64,000 nt of DNA from Convolutriloba macropyga (Eukaryota): NCBI RefSeq assembly GCF_964194025.1, contig NC_134476.1:34410001-34474000 (forward strand), written 5' to 3'. Shown here one piece after another: positions 11,192 through 24,504 of this stretch. The notes below the pieces were generated by a model. The model made no database searches, was not told the DNA's origin, and was given only the letters and a program-made list of their open reading frames with translations. A program made the position numbers and the translations under genes. Within the stretch, counting starts at the first letter, position 1. Each line of letters begins with the position of its first letter.

Positions 11192-13202
11192 AACATGGAC
11201 GCTCGGTAATGTGCGTTCGCATATAATGTTCCGACCCCGCTCATCCCGAATTTTGACTTAATTGTATTCCAAATGAATGAAAACAGTTCACCCAAACTCA
11301 AACCATCAAATAAAATAAATAATGCCGCTCTAGAAGACCGATGAGCTATGCCATTGACTACGAGACAAGACAACCAACAAAATCAAATAAAAAACAAAGA
11401 TTGATGACGACCAAAACTCAATGTCTACAATCTAAATTAAACAAATTAACTTGAACTTCATTAAAAAAGATATTAGACCTGTCCTTAAGTAGACTAGGTA
11501 TCAAGTAGACAATAAAGAAAAAAGGGGCAAAATTAAAATAACGCATCTACATTTTCGGAAAACATTTAATTAAGAAGTCATGAAAATCATTAGTTATTAA
11601 CTGAAATCATTTAATAAGTTCATTTTTTCCCCAAAAAAATCCATTGACTCTTTGTTATCCATAATAGATCATCCGACTAATAAAATGAGGACAAACACTT
11701 CCAACTATCAACAATTGAATAAAAAATTGCTAAAAATTAGTGTTGAAGCCAATATAAAATAATACGCTATAAACTCAAAACATAAAAAGGTATAATTGGG
11801 CCTATGCTCAACGCCAATAGGACCTGTATTTACTGTGTTAATGTGACCAACACCCAAAAATGACCTTAAATTTGAGCCCAATCCACCAAAATCACAAAAT
11901 TTTTCTGGAAGCTCGTAGTATCAAAGAAAGAAAACCAAAAATTCCGTCAAAAAACAGCAAAGTATAATATAATTTGGGTGCCCATACTGTCATTAATGAG
12001 ACTAATCTACAAGGTGACAGCAAAAAAATTGACAAGGCGGCAAATTTCAAAATGCTCCCATATTTTTTTAAAACAATTATATTCAAAGTCAGGAAAACCA
12101 TTAGCCATTAACTGAAATCCTGAAATAAACTCATTTAAACCTCCAAAGGAAGCCATTGAGACCTGTTTTTATCCAGATTATGTCAAACGACTACAACAAG
12201 AACCACAATTATCGACAGAAATACACAAACCAATTAAAATTCGAGAGTAAACGGTGTCTATTCCCGTTAAAACCATAATCTATTCACTAATTTTACATAT
12301 GTTAAAATCTGCCTTTACTTTCAAGGCCATTATGGTGACATCTGACCTGTCATTTTTGTAATATTTTGACAAGACAAAAAAGAACAATAAAAAAGTGACA
12401 ACTGTTCAAAAATCACTAAAAAATATGAAAACTTGTAGTATCAATGCATAAAAACTACTTCTTAAAACGTAAAAACAAAACTCAAGACTAACGTTTAATT
12501 CATTAGAAAGAAGCTCATTGCACAAGTTGAAAGAAATACGATGGAAAATGGCAAAAGCTCAAAACGCATAACAACAATACATCCAAGTTGTAACAAAAGT
12601 ACTTTTTCAACTAACAAAAAACTAGATAGATCAGGTTGCAGCTACTTGTGAGGCCAATACTTGTGAGCAGTCATTATAATGTTCATTGGACCTAATTTGC
12701 ACATAAATAGACACTAATTGGCCAAAGAATTGAAACCATCCCGGTCTATAATTTTATAATTAACATAAAAGAATAAAAAAAAGAGCGCCCAATAAAATCT
12801 GAATAAATTTTTGTAAAAAAAAATTCACAAGTAGATCAAGACCTTGTTATTACTGCTCCCACAATAAAAACAGTCAAAAACAATCAAGTGTTCCAAATGT
12901 TATTCAAATAGAAAATTTGACAAAAAAAGTCAATATTTTTAAAATAAATGAAATTTGATTTTGGAATTTTAGACAAAAATTCAGATCAAACAGTTCAGCA
13001 ACACTCCTCTACCTTTAAGTTAAAACCAATAACACTATCGTTAGCAATAGTCAGATGTTCACAAAAGTTTAAAGCTCGATAGCGCCTTGGAAAAAAACAA
13101 AACCCGAAAATTTACAATGAATATATCGACCGACCCAAATTGATTGAACATAAACAAAACAGTTGATCATAGAATTCTTCCCCACTAAAGTGGGCTGAAC
13201 AA
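11192..13202 (+). mobile_element. Helentron/DINE-1-like non-autonomous element, copy 1
   Basis: Left end AACAAGGAGGCTCGG-like start, ATGTGCG-TT-CGCATAT hairpin, subTIR TGTTCCGACCCC (11227); right-end hairpin CCCACTAAAGTGGG; internal homology to 49988-52939. Confidence 0.65.
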
Positions 13203-14874
13203 AAAATACTTAACAAAATTTTCAAAAAAAGTTGGCCTGAATGTGAACGCCTTCAATTTTGTATGAAAGGTTGATATTTTTCTGTAAAAAAAACGAGCAC
13301 ACAAATTTTGAGAACGTTTCTTTCCGATTCTCATAAACACGACTAATGAAAATACAGATAATGTGTTAAATGTGTAGCCAATAGTAATTCTTTTACATGC
13401 TACAACAAATAAGAGGCTTCAGTTTAAGAGGATACACTTTTTTTGCTTCAGCACGTGCCATCATTGAGCCTACAGATCTGACGAGTTTTTTAAATGACGA
13501 CATGGAATTGCTCAGTTCTATCAGCCTACTAATACAAGAGGAACAAACAATTCATTTATGACAAAAATTGGCTCCTCTTATGAAAAGAATGTGGTTTGCT
13601 CAATCAAAACAATTTGATTCCAGCATTATTTTAAAAGAATTTTTGTCGACTTATGAAAAGAAATTTGCTGCATCGATATTTGTGAGGAAAAAACTCGGCT
13701 CAACATGTATAATTCATTTGGCTTTTTTTATCTGGGGCTCGGGACTATGTAATTTTAGTCATCATTTACCAGTGCATTTTTGCTTTAATGATAACTCATA
13801 TAAAAATAGTCAAACGTTTCAAGGACATTTTCAAGATTTGTTCATTTGCTGTCATCGAACGGCATCTATTTATGAAACGAGTGTGGCGAATTCGAAGTAC
13901 ATATTTAACAGATAACTCAAAAAGGAAAAAAATCAGTTATCCGTAAGTCCTTTTATTTTTGAAACATATTCCCAAACAAGGAGCAAATATTTACAAATAA
14001 ATCGTTGACAAAGCAAGCATCATTTGTCTATTGTTTTCATTCAATTCAGCGAGCGAAAAACAACCAGGAAAATATTTAACTAATTTCCTTAGTTGGGGTA
14101 ATTGAAGAAAGGATAGCATCTTTTTAACAAGCTAATCACGCGTGAGGAAAAGATATTGTTTTCACGTAGTTGCGGAAATTGTTCTCGTTTCTGGGGAAGA
14201 TTTCTGATATTATTTTGAAATCAAATGGACAGAGAAGCGTGAAACAAGTGAATACACCGGACAAAAGTATCCCCTTTCCCGATCAAAAACAGCACGAATC
14301 ATGGAGCGTGGAAAATTGCTAGAAAAATCTACGGAAATTAACACCTCTTCAATCCCTAGTTTATCTAAATAGCCACTAACCCAACATCCAATCCCCGCCC
14401 TACACCCCCCCCCCCTCCAAACCGCACCGTTTGTATTGGTTTATCATACAGCTGACTTGTGTCGTTGCAGCAGTGTTGAAAATTACTCAAATTCCATAAT
14501 AATGAACACATTTGTAATTGTAACATTTGTAAGGACTCACCACTACCACCAACTCCAATTAGCACAAAACTTTAGGGCCAATGGGACTCAAACGGACTAT
14601 CTGCAAAACCACTGTCTAGCCTTTACGTCACAGCCCGGATCGTTCATTTGTGCTCAAGCTTAGTGGGTGCATGTTGTTTTAAACCCCAGGTACATGTGCC
14701 ATATTCTAACGTAATTATGTACTATGCAATGGAAATCGTTCTTTTGCGTGGGGGGGGGGGGGGGGGTGGGGGGGCAGGAGGGGGGAGGGGGCACTAAAGG
14801 AAAATATCCTACAGCCCTAGTAATATGGCTGTCGGGTTTTAATACCAGCTGGTGGTTGTAACACATTGAAGTGT

Positions 14875-14877
<3 letters not shown>

Positions 14878-14931
<54 letters not shown>
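14878..14931. repeat. (CT)n microsatellite
   Basis: Pure dinucleotide run. Confidence 0.99.
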
Positions 14932-14934
<3 letters not shown>

Positions 14935-16828
14935 AACTTTAATCCTTAATAACATCATCATATTAATGTGTTCAACACGTAAGCTGTTGATGTTAACTAT
15001 TTTCCATATTGACAACTGAAGTTTAACTCGATTGTGATCAAGGGCTATTAACAATTCAAAACATTCAACTGGCTATCAAAATCTCCGCAATTCAATTTGT
15101 AAACTTGACTGCCAAGATAACATTGTTAAGAATACAAAAAAGATAAAATACATATTCTACAATTGGCCAATAATAACAAGACTTCAAAATGTAAATTTTC
15201 AACGTCACAAATTACCCTTTCAATTGTTCTACAAGGAATAGTAAAAAGAAAATTGTGAGAATTGAATAGAAGATGCGTAATTGTTTTATAAATGTTATCT
15301 AAAAGTGTATAACAAAAGTAATTTCCACTTAGGCATATTTGGCTCTTATCATTTCTGATTCTGGACATCGTAAATTATAATCACGACACGTGAATACAAG
15401 ATAAGGAAAAAGGGGGAAACAGAATTAGAAGTGAACAAAAGGAACCCGGATCTTGTGCCCTGTTGTTATTTTGAAGAGCATTCAATGTCAAGTTAAAAAT
15501 GTCGTGGGAAACAATACCGAAAAGACAAAAAAATTGCTATATAAAACAGTATCTAAATAAACGAGATTATAAGTTTTAAAATGATCGTAAGGAAATGATT
15601 AGTCTTTTGGGATGGTTATACAAATAAAAAAAAAGAAGTGTGAGTAGAAAGCGTAATCCTCAATTTTGTAAGAAAGTAATTCCATAATGAAAACAGCGCA
15701 ATGAGAATGTAAATCAAATTAAAAAATAATTAACACCAATTCGACATTCTCTTACTTTCGTCATCTCTCAAACACTTTTAACAGAAAAATATCAACTTCT
15801 CTCGTAATGCGAAGACCTTAGGCAGTCAGAAGTCGCATTATTGGTGTATCCGAACGCAACATATGCATTGGAGAAAATTACTTGTACTGTTTTTTTAAAC
15901 ATTTTTTTAAAATTTTTTAAATAAATTTTGCTTTTGTCAATTGGTAACATCTCAAGGTCAAGGTTTAATTTGTTAATTTTTAGGCTCGAAACTGTAATGT
16001 ATTATTGAAAAGTCTCCATTTAACCTTACGAAAATTATACAATATTTCTATCTTAAATATTAATCCAATTTCAAAAAGTGCAAATTTGACTGGAGAAAAA
16101 AAGCCAGCCTCGCATATATATTCCCCAATTTTTGAAAAAATGTTGGAACAATTAAATTTTTTGGAATACATAGACTGCATTGGGAGAACTTTCTGGCCGT
16201 TGTCCGAACTCTTCCACAAATTTTCCTCATTGATAAATAATCTAACGCATTTTGTATTGATATAAATTTCCGCGTTCATTACTTCTCAGCTTGAGAAAGA
16301 AAAAATCAGACATGTTCGGTTCATTAATGGAAAGATGGTTGATTTTACTAAATATTTTACTGCAATATCTCGGCAGTTATGACAAATGGCACATAAAACA
16401 TCGATATATTAAGAAGCAATGTCAGTCTACTAATCATTAGTGAGCATAAACGTAACTCTTAAAATGTGAAAAAAAACTGGCAGATTGTCAGAAATTAGCT
16501 GCAATAAATTTACAGACGTGAAGTTTATTGAAAACAAAGAAAAAAACAAAGCTGAAAAACTCGAGGGAAAAATCAGACTTCGTTGTGATATTTTCAATTG
16601 ATTTAGACTTATGTGCCGTAAAACTGTCCGGAAATCATTTAATTAGAGTGAGATATCATTAATAGATTCATAAGATTAATTAATAGATTAATTATATGAC
16701 TCCTTATAAATCAACAAATTCAATTAAAGAAACGAAAAATCATTTGAGAAGCCAATTTTCAAAATTTTCAAACCCTTCGCTTTATGGAACGCAAGGTGAA
16801 AAATTACAAATAATGTCAAATCTAAATG

Positions 16829-16860
16829 ACAAGGAGGCTCAGTAATGTGCGTTTGCAAAA
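16829..16860 (+). repeat. Left terminus of the Helentron-like family
   Basis: ACAAGGAGGCTCAGTAATGTGCGTTTGCA. Confidence 0.6.
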
Positions 16861-17092
16861 TTTTTTTTACTAGCTAATAAGTCGCCAAAAAGAAAAAACG
16901 GATCGAAGATCCAAAATCCAACGAATTTTTTATACCAAATCACTTTAAAAGCCATACAAACCATTAATCAATATAATAGATAGATTCAGATAAAAATACT
17001 TATGATTACATTGGGAACTATCATAGGTGAAATTATGGACACTAAGTCATTAGCTTACGAAATAACAAATATATTATACTTCAAAATGGTAG

Positions 17093-17344
17093 NNNNNNNN
17101 NNNNNNNNNNNNNNNNNNNNNNNNNNNNNNNNNNNNNNNNNNNNNNNNNNNNNNNNNNNNNNNNNNNNNNNNNNNNNNNNNNNNNNNNNNNNNNNNNNNN
17201 NNNNNNNNNNNNNNNNNNNNNNNNNNNNNNNNNNNNNNNNNNNNNNNNNNNNNNNNNNNNNNNNNNNNNNNNNNNNNNNNNNNNNNNNNNNNNNNNNNNN
17301 NNNNNNNNNNNNNNNNNNNNNNNNNNNNNNNNNNNNNNNNNNNN
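17093..17344. other. Assembly gap (N)
   Basis: Run of N. Confidence 1.
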
Positions 17345-18269
17345 TAATGGCCTCAAAACTTTTCTCTCTAAGAATCTTGCGCCTCCATTCAATGCCAATG
17401 GGAACTGAGCGCTTATGTGACAAGAGTCCAAAAAAGCCACAAATGTAGGCAAATATGAGGGAATCACAATTATATGAAAACTCTTAGTCAACTATCAGTG
17501 AAACATAAAACCGCCAAACAGATTAACTTTTGCTTCAAATGAGAAAGAATGGGCCTCGTCATCAGTGAGACTAAGCTACAAATTAAATGAAGAAGTGACG
17601 AAGTTCAAAAATTTACTATAAATTTCTAATTAATCAAACTCAAAAGAGCTATTAGTTATTAACCGAAAGCATAATTTCACTAATACTTCTTTGGATAGCC
17701 AATTGAACCTTTAAACAATCGGACTAAGCCATTAGACTATAAATAGAACAGCAAATGAAACAAAACTAAGATATCTTCAAAACATTAGCGGATCCATAAA
17801 AACCAAAAGTTTTCTTCTGAAAAAATAATAGTTCAATGAGCCTGATAGTGAAAATGTGATCTCCCATTCGTTGAACCTCTGTATGAAAACTGACTTGTCT
17901 AAATACAAACAGATTTAATTTTGCTCCACGAAGATCCACGATAAGACCAATTCTGGCCTTGCAATTCGAAATGTTAACGTTGAAGAAAGTCTAAATATGT
18001 CAAAAAATAATAATCATTTTAGATCTATCAAATTAGCGAACGGCCTCGAAAATTTTGATTACAGAACACGTTCTAAGGAAGCAAAAGTAAAATTAGTCCT
18101 CATCTGAAAATTCGAAGACTGTCAGCAGTTTTAGGTGTGTACTTCCGGCCATTTCTACAAAGTGGGCTAAAGAAGCACATTCAATAAAAAAGCTGAACTT
18201 CGTAATTTTTAAGCGTAAAAGTCAGATCACACAATTCAGCAGCCCTTCCCTACAAGTTCTAATCGCAAT

Positions 18270-18775
18270 TTTTCAAAATTTTTGAATTTTTCCCGCTAAA
18301 ATTGCTTCTGAAAACTTAGAAAAATTTTTGGAGGCCGGAAAATTTTGGAGGCCTATTTTATGCCTCCAGTAGGTTTAACGGGGTTTAATTAGGCTGCTGT
18401 TAATTTTTGACGACTGTAGCAAAAACATTTTATAAGTCTTTTTTTTAAGTCCATTTCGTTAATAACGATGATATAGTGAAATACATCTTTGAATAACTTT
18501 TCTAGAAAATCCTAAAAAACGACGCCTTGGATAAATGCTATCAGACACCTACTTTGAGAATGGGATGTTGGTGAAAAAATATGAGCTCTCAATTCCTTCT
18601 AGTTTCTGAGTTACCTCAATCTTTCAAAATTTTTGAATTTTTCCCGCTACAATTGCTTCTGAAACTTCAACCAAAAATTTTGGAGGCCTAATTTATTTTG
18701 CAGGCCTCCAGTAGGTTTAACGAGCTTTGAGCTTTAATTAGGCTGCTGTTAATTTTTGACGAATGTAGCAAAAAT
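18270..18775. repeat. Diverged direct repeat of about 155 bp (18270-18425, 18622-18775)
   Basis: Shared TTTCAAAATTTTTGAATTTTTCCCGCTA...GCCTCCAGTAGGTTTAACG...TTAATTAGGCTGCTGTTAATTTTTGACGA. Confidence 0.85.
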
Positions 18776-20141
18776 ATATTTTTTTTCCATTTCATTTTTC
18801 TATGTTTTTGTTATCATAGGAACTTCTTTGTTGAAAGTCCTACTGCCTAGTTTACAGTCTCTAAGGGCAGGGCGCGTGGGTTTAAATACCCCGTTGCCTG
18901 TCCACTTTGATCATGTTTGTACGAGTCAATATTTACGTTTATTTTTTGTACTTGCTGTTACTTATTTGGTACTTGATCAAAGAAATAAATTCTTTCTTTC
19001 CTCCTTTCTCGATAAATCATCAAACCGAATTTTTTTTAATGTGGTATTCTAACAAGATACTTCAGGATTTCGTTTGAGGGACACTGAACAACAAGCCCAG
19101 TTGTGCGTATAGCCCCCTCCCCAATACGGTGGCATCGGAACAATTCAATCTTCCACCTTGAAAAACATTTTTATTTAATGACTCATAATCCATTTTCTTG
19201 AGTGTTATTTTGTGATTTTTGACTATTTATACAATACAAAGTTCTTTCAAAATTAACTTAGAATCAAGTGAAACAAAACAGGAATCGGAATAAATCTCTT
19301 GAGGAACATAAAAATGAGAAAAGCATAGTACACAGCGCAATCAAAAAACGGATTATTTGGTGCAGGCTGTCGAATCTTATCTCTACGAATCACCAAGGGA
19401 GTTTTACCTCACTCTCTGCTTACTAAATAATGAGGTGCAGACTAAAAAAAACTCTTAGCCCACCAAATTTGAAATTAAGAAATTAAGTCTCTTTAAATAA
19501 AATTGAAATTAAGAAACTTTAATTAAGAAATCTCTTAACCTAAATAGTAATTCTTTCCAACAATACGTAAAAGCCCTAAATGACACACACGTGTATGAAG
19601 TTGCGTCGATGAGCAGCAAATGACACAAATGTTTCTGAATCGATTAAAATTAGCCCAAATTATATCAGTTCGTTTGGCTAATTTGAGAATTTTAGCTTGG
19701 GAGGCAAAGTTAAGACCTCGTTATCCTATATGTACGTTACCTTAATTTTGTGATCTCTACCTAACCAATTATCCATGATATTGCAGAACTTTCTTGTTTG
19801 CAGCTTAAAATTTCAGCTGCTAGCTCAAACTGGTAGAGCTTTACTATTTTATACTATCAACACATGTTCACAACACTCCGTGGCACAAATTTCAATTCAA
19901 ATCAATTTATACATAAATTTTATTATCAAAATATGTCTCTGTTTTAATTAATTCCATTCAATCAGAAAAAAATATTGCAAAAGAGTTAAAAACAGCTTTG
20001 TGTTTTTGGTCGCATACGGAAATCAAACTATCCAAAATATTGTCTACAAACTAATGACGTTAAAAATGTAAAATAAAATATTGCGTTGTCAAAGTTCACG
20101 AAAAACTAAATCTATCAATTGCAATGTGTCAAATTTCAGAA

Positions 20142-21434
20142 CTAGCTTTTGTCGTTTTCATGTTCATCGTCAGATTTCGGACTTTTGGAGTCCACGTCAG
20201 GAGAAAGCAAACTGTCAATTCTGAAACACCTTTTCTGTCGTTTCTTCATCGGTGGAGTCAATTTAACTGCGGTTATTTCATTCTCGCTCTCACTGAAGGG
20301 TTCAGACATTTTCACTGCAAATTTCGAGGGCGAAATATCACTTGAAATATTACTTGAATTTAACGTGTCTGTGTCATTGTCGTCATTATGTTCACGCTTT
20401 TGACCTTTTGCTCCCAAATGAGAATCAAATTTTCCAACGTTGGAGGAATTAATTTGCGATGGAAAAGTGGGAATAGTCGAATTTTGGCCAGGAAGCTTGA
20501 AAGTTGTACTTGCATCTCGATCTGTGGAATGTTGAAATTGGAACTTAATTGGGCTAAACTGAGATCCGGAAGGCTGGGCAGCGACTGGAGAGGGACTTCG
20601 GTTGCCGTCTGACTCGTCATCGGCGACCGCCAATCCCATCGCTTTCCTTACTTTCCTTTGCGCGTGTCGTCTTCTGAAGTCGCCCTTTGCAAAGTCGTCC
20701 CTACAGGCCGGGTGAATTGCCCAAAAATGGCCCTTTCCGTTTGCACTTCGCCCTGCTTTCACAAAACAATCATTCAGCGACAAATTGTGACGGATGCTGT
20801 TTCGCCATCCAGGACCGCGGGTTCTGAAGTAAGGGTAATTGTCCAAAATGTACTGATAGATATCGCTCAAAACCAACTTTTTTTCGGTCGAGTTTAAAAT
20901 GGCCATGGCAATTAGTCCAATATAACTATGGTTTGGTTTGGGTTCTTCTTGTAGCAAAGAGTAAGGGTTCAAAAATCCATTCAAAGCTCCGGAGGGGCTC
21001 CCAGAAAAGTCTCCAATTTGTCCACTGGTCGATCCAGGGTGAGTCATGAAATAAGGAAAAAGTCTGGAATGTTCTGTAGTAGTTGAAACTGCAGCTTGGC
21101 TAGCTTGAGTCATTGAACGAAGTAAAACGGCCGAAGCCAAAGAATGGCCAATTCTGGTTGAAGTCAACGAATTTGCTAAGAGTTGGTGAGTTTGTGGGGG
21201 AAATTGGGGAGTTATTGTTCCATTGTGGGGTGATGTTTGGGAACTTTTCAAAAATCCCTGTACGGACATGTGATCCAGAGAACCTCCTGAAGTTTTCACA
21301 CCTGGTGGCGTGATTTGGGATCCATTTATTCCAAGGGATTTGTTTTGGTTTCCCGGAATAAAATTGGGTTTAAGTTGGCTATTACTGGCTTGTGCTCCAG
21401 CGGTAAACAATGGATAGCTATTGAATGTATACAT
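20142..21434 (-). CDS. foxQ2: Forkhead transcription factor, FoxQ2 family (fd102C-like, C-terminal eh1 motif)
   Basis: Domain KPNHSYIGLIAMAIL...LVLSDIYQYILDNYPYFRTRGPGWRNSIRHNLSLNDCF...GRSANGKGHFWAIHP...GDFRRRHAQRKVR is diagnostic of FoxQ2; C-terminal FRIDSLL eh1. First ATG at 21434; an upstream exon is not excluded. Confidence 0.92.
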   Translation of the reverse strand: MYTFNSYPLFTAGAQASNSQLKPNFIPGNQNKSLGINGSQITPPGVKTSGGSLDHMSVQGFLKSSQTSPHNGTITPQFPPQTHQLLANSLTSTRIGHSLASAVLLRSMTQASQAAVSTTTEHSRLFPYFMTHPGSTSGQIGDFSGSPSGALNGFLNPYSLLQEEPKPNHSYIGLIAMAILNSTEKKLVLSDIYQYILDNYPYFRTRGPGWRNSIRHNLSLNDCFVKAGRSANGKGHFWAIHPACRDDFAKGDFRRRHAQRKVRKAMGLAVADDESDGNRSPSPVAAQPSGSQFSPIKFQFQHSTDRDASTTFKLPGQNSTIPTFPSQINSSNVGKFDSHLGAKGQKREHNDDNDTDTLNSSNISSDISPSKFAVKMSEPFSESENEITAVKLTPPMKKRQKRCFRIDSLLSPDVDSKSPKSDDEHENDKS

Positions 21435-21674
21435 GACAACGATATTTATCAATTTAACAATAGTAAAATATATCGTATTGATTTTAAACTTTCAAGTTAT
21501 TTAAATAGATGAAATATTTAATAACTTTTTGTCTTTAAGTTATACTATTCGATTATAGCTAAGTCTTTTTGGTTGGTCACTTTTAAAATGAAGTACAATT
21601 TTCAGCCACACAGAACTTGGCCTGTAAATTTTTTTGTCTAATTTTTTAAGAGCTGTTTTTAAGAGTTGTTTAAA

Positions 21675-22050
21675 GTCTGTAAACAGCCAAAAGACGCAAA
21701 TCAGAATACTATAATCTGATTGGCTGAAGGCGGTCATCAAATTAAAAAGTGGTTTAGATCACGCCTCAAAAGCAAATAGGATTACATAATAATCACAAAA
21801 TGACCTGCTAAAAGAGCAACAAACAACGATTAGCAACAACAATTATCACTGTAGGCGACTATGAGAGCTATCAAAATTCAGCAATCAATTATGCAATCGA
21901 TTAGGATTACGTAACGAATCAAAACAGGCACAAACAATTCACACCTTGAGTGGCTAGCCAGATTAGACATGACTAAAAACTATCCATATAATCAAAAATT
22001 ATGAGCCAATTTATGTCAAATATACAACAAAATTTGTATAATTGTAAACA
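21675..22050. promoter_or_regulatory. Candidate foxQ2 proximal cis-regulatory region
   Basis: Eight TAATC/GATTA motifs in 21712-21993, a CCAAT box at about 21718, and GTAAACA forkhead sites at about 21679 and 22044. Confidence 0.45.
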
Positions 22051-22595
22051 CTGCTTATATGGATAGGCAAAATAGAAAACTACTGACGTCTACAAAAATG
22101 AGTGGTAAATCAGGATGGCAATAGATAACTTTTGCTTCTGCTCCTGTTTTGCTGTGAGAGATATTATCGAAAACTTTCTTAATTTTGGGAATAGGACAAA
22201 AGTGGCAGACCCATTACCATTCGAGGCCAAGAATGTACCCAGTAAAGGTGCGGGGGTGGGTGGGCTGGACTGCCTCATGTTATTTTTGAAATGTTTCCAT
22301 CATAGAATTGCAATCAACATGGCGGAAAATAATCAGCGAAAGAAGTAGCTTCATCATTCAATTGTAAATGCAGTTTGTACATAATGATATATGTTTTAAG
22401 TGTATGAAATGCAAACTATTTGCTATAACATTTAAAATGGGGGGGGGGTGAAAATGGGCGTGGGGGCAACAGCAAAGATTTCCGTTTCCATTCTTCTGAG
22501 CACCCCCCCCCCCCTCTCGAAGATCGATCATTCAATCCATTGAGAATGCTTCTGATGGATTGAGTTAAAATGCATATGCAACTTGGCTTAGCATT

Positions 22596-22640
22596 AACAA
22601 GGAGGCTCGGTAATGCGCGTTTGCACATGTGCCGACCCCT
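22596..22640 (+). repeat. Left terminus of the Helentron-like family
   Basis: AACAAGGAGGCTCGGTAATGCGCGTTTGCACATGTGCCGACCCC. Confidence 0.65.
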
Positions 22641-23359
22641 ATAAACTAAATTTGTTTTTATAGGTATTCGTCAGTTGTTACCATAGATACAATAAAATCT
22701 ATGGTATTCAAATACAGGCTTGGAATAGAATCGCTGAAATTATATATATTGACCCATACTATGTTCAACAAAATGTCAAAAATATAGTACAAAATGTAGA
22801 ACGTTTTCATTGTATTACCAAAAAATTGAAATTTAACACGATGTCTTTACTGATTTATTTGATTTGCCTTCAGTCATCTGTACAAACACAACGTTGAAAA
22901 AACCTTTTTGAAAAAAAGGAACAGCTACAGAATTTCATTCCAAAATTCGTTTTAAAATTCAATAATTTTAATCATTACATGATGAAGGATTTCGATAAAC
23001 GGATTCTGAAGATGCTGACACATTAATGTAGACGCTCGATTAACATCTGCTTGCTCCGAAAAGCCATAGTTGCGCGTGATTATATGATAGCAGGCTGGAA
23101 ATAAAAAAAGCATTGAATGTAGTTAGCTCAGACAAACTCCTCGGGGAATTGGTTATCTATGGTTTTTATGAACCACGGACTTGAAATTATCTCAATACAT
23201 AGATTTTCCCAAAAACAGCGAAATAAAAAAACTTATTTTGGTACGTTCTTTCTGCAGAAAAAATAACTATTATCAGCAGTTAAAAGGCAACAAGCTCAGC
23301 AGTTTTAGACACAATACACGAGCTTTTCGAAAACCAAATCAGCAAAAAACAAACCACCT

Positions 23360-24504
23360 AAGGTGAAAAATTTCTCAGATTGTTGATGTTAACAAATTTC
23401 AACGTTGAGATTAAACCATGAGGGCCGTAAATTCTTGATGGAGCATTTGAGACAACCAGCACTTCAAAAAAAAATTGGCAAAAAAGTTCTAAACGGCAAA
23501 CCTTCACAAAATGTCAGCAAAAAATTGAAGTTCAATAGTTTAAGATTATAGTTCAAAAGTTCAAATTATTTAGATCAATTAAAATCATTTTTTCTCCTGG
23601 TGAACCCCAACAACAGCAAATAAAAAGATTTTAAATCAGAAAATCATGTTCTGCAATTGCATTTTGCATAAACCGTCAGGAAACAACAGAAAAAAACAGC
23701 TTTCAATTAAAACTTCAAAAAAATAACTGATTTTTAAGAACGTGTCATAAGTGTCTCATTGTGGAACCAAACAAAAACCAAATCTTCAAGAATTTCTTTG
23801 AATAGCATTTTTAAGTTACGCAGTAGCAATTATTTGTACAGTATTTGAAAAATAACTGACAATTTTCAGCAGAATTTGTCATTATATATGTTTTTATTGA
23901 ATTATTGAAATATGATTAGGAGTTTCTCATAGCAAAACCTGGAGCAAGCAAAATTATTGAGTGGTCAATTGGACATGGTATCTTAAACGTTAGCGCTAAA
24001 ACCAAAACCTATTCTCCGAACAGAAACAAAAAAAGACCTTTGGTAGTTTCTGCAAAAAGCACTTTATACATTAACTTTACTGGAATTAATTATTACTTTT
24101 TTCTTTCTACTGCCCTTCTTCAGTTCTGGGGTCAATCTCTCAGAACTGCCCTTCGCACCATAAGTATGTCTCCAAAACAGATTCTGTGAATCGCATACTT
24201 GAAGACTATTGAGCTGAAATGCTCTAAGAGAACTCAATGCCTACTGGGCGCTAAATGTTTACCCGTTTTTGAGGAAGAAAAGTCAAATGTGTCAGACAAA
24301 AAATTGGTCAAGCCATCAATCAGTAGTGGAGAAGGGTGTATTACCTCCTATCATGAGCTCATCCAACACCTTTCAAAAAGGTGAAAAATTTCTCAGATTG
24401 TTGATGTTAACACATTTTAACGTTGAGCTTAAACCATGAGGGCAGTAAATTCTTCAAGGAACATTTGAGACAACCAGCACTTCAAAACAATTGGCAAAAA
24501 AGTT
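23360..24504. repeat. Direct repeat of about 128 bp (23360-23488 and 24378-24504)
   Basis: AAGGTGAAAAATTTCTCAGATTGTTGATGTTAAC...GAGACAACCAGCACTTCAAAA in both copies. Confidence 0.9.

Noticed and set aside
17002-17491. ORFs spanning the N run (also 56414-56635)
   Set aside because: Gap artefacts.
22090-22278. Upstream coding exon of foxQ2 (MRQSSPPTPAP...)
   Set aside because: The best donor (G|GTAATG) is out of phase with the only obvious acceptor (TTCAATAG); needs cDNA.
23360-24504. LTR pair
   Set aside because: No TG...CA ends, TSD, PBS or PPT.
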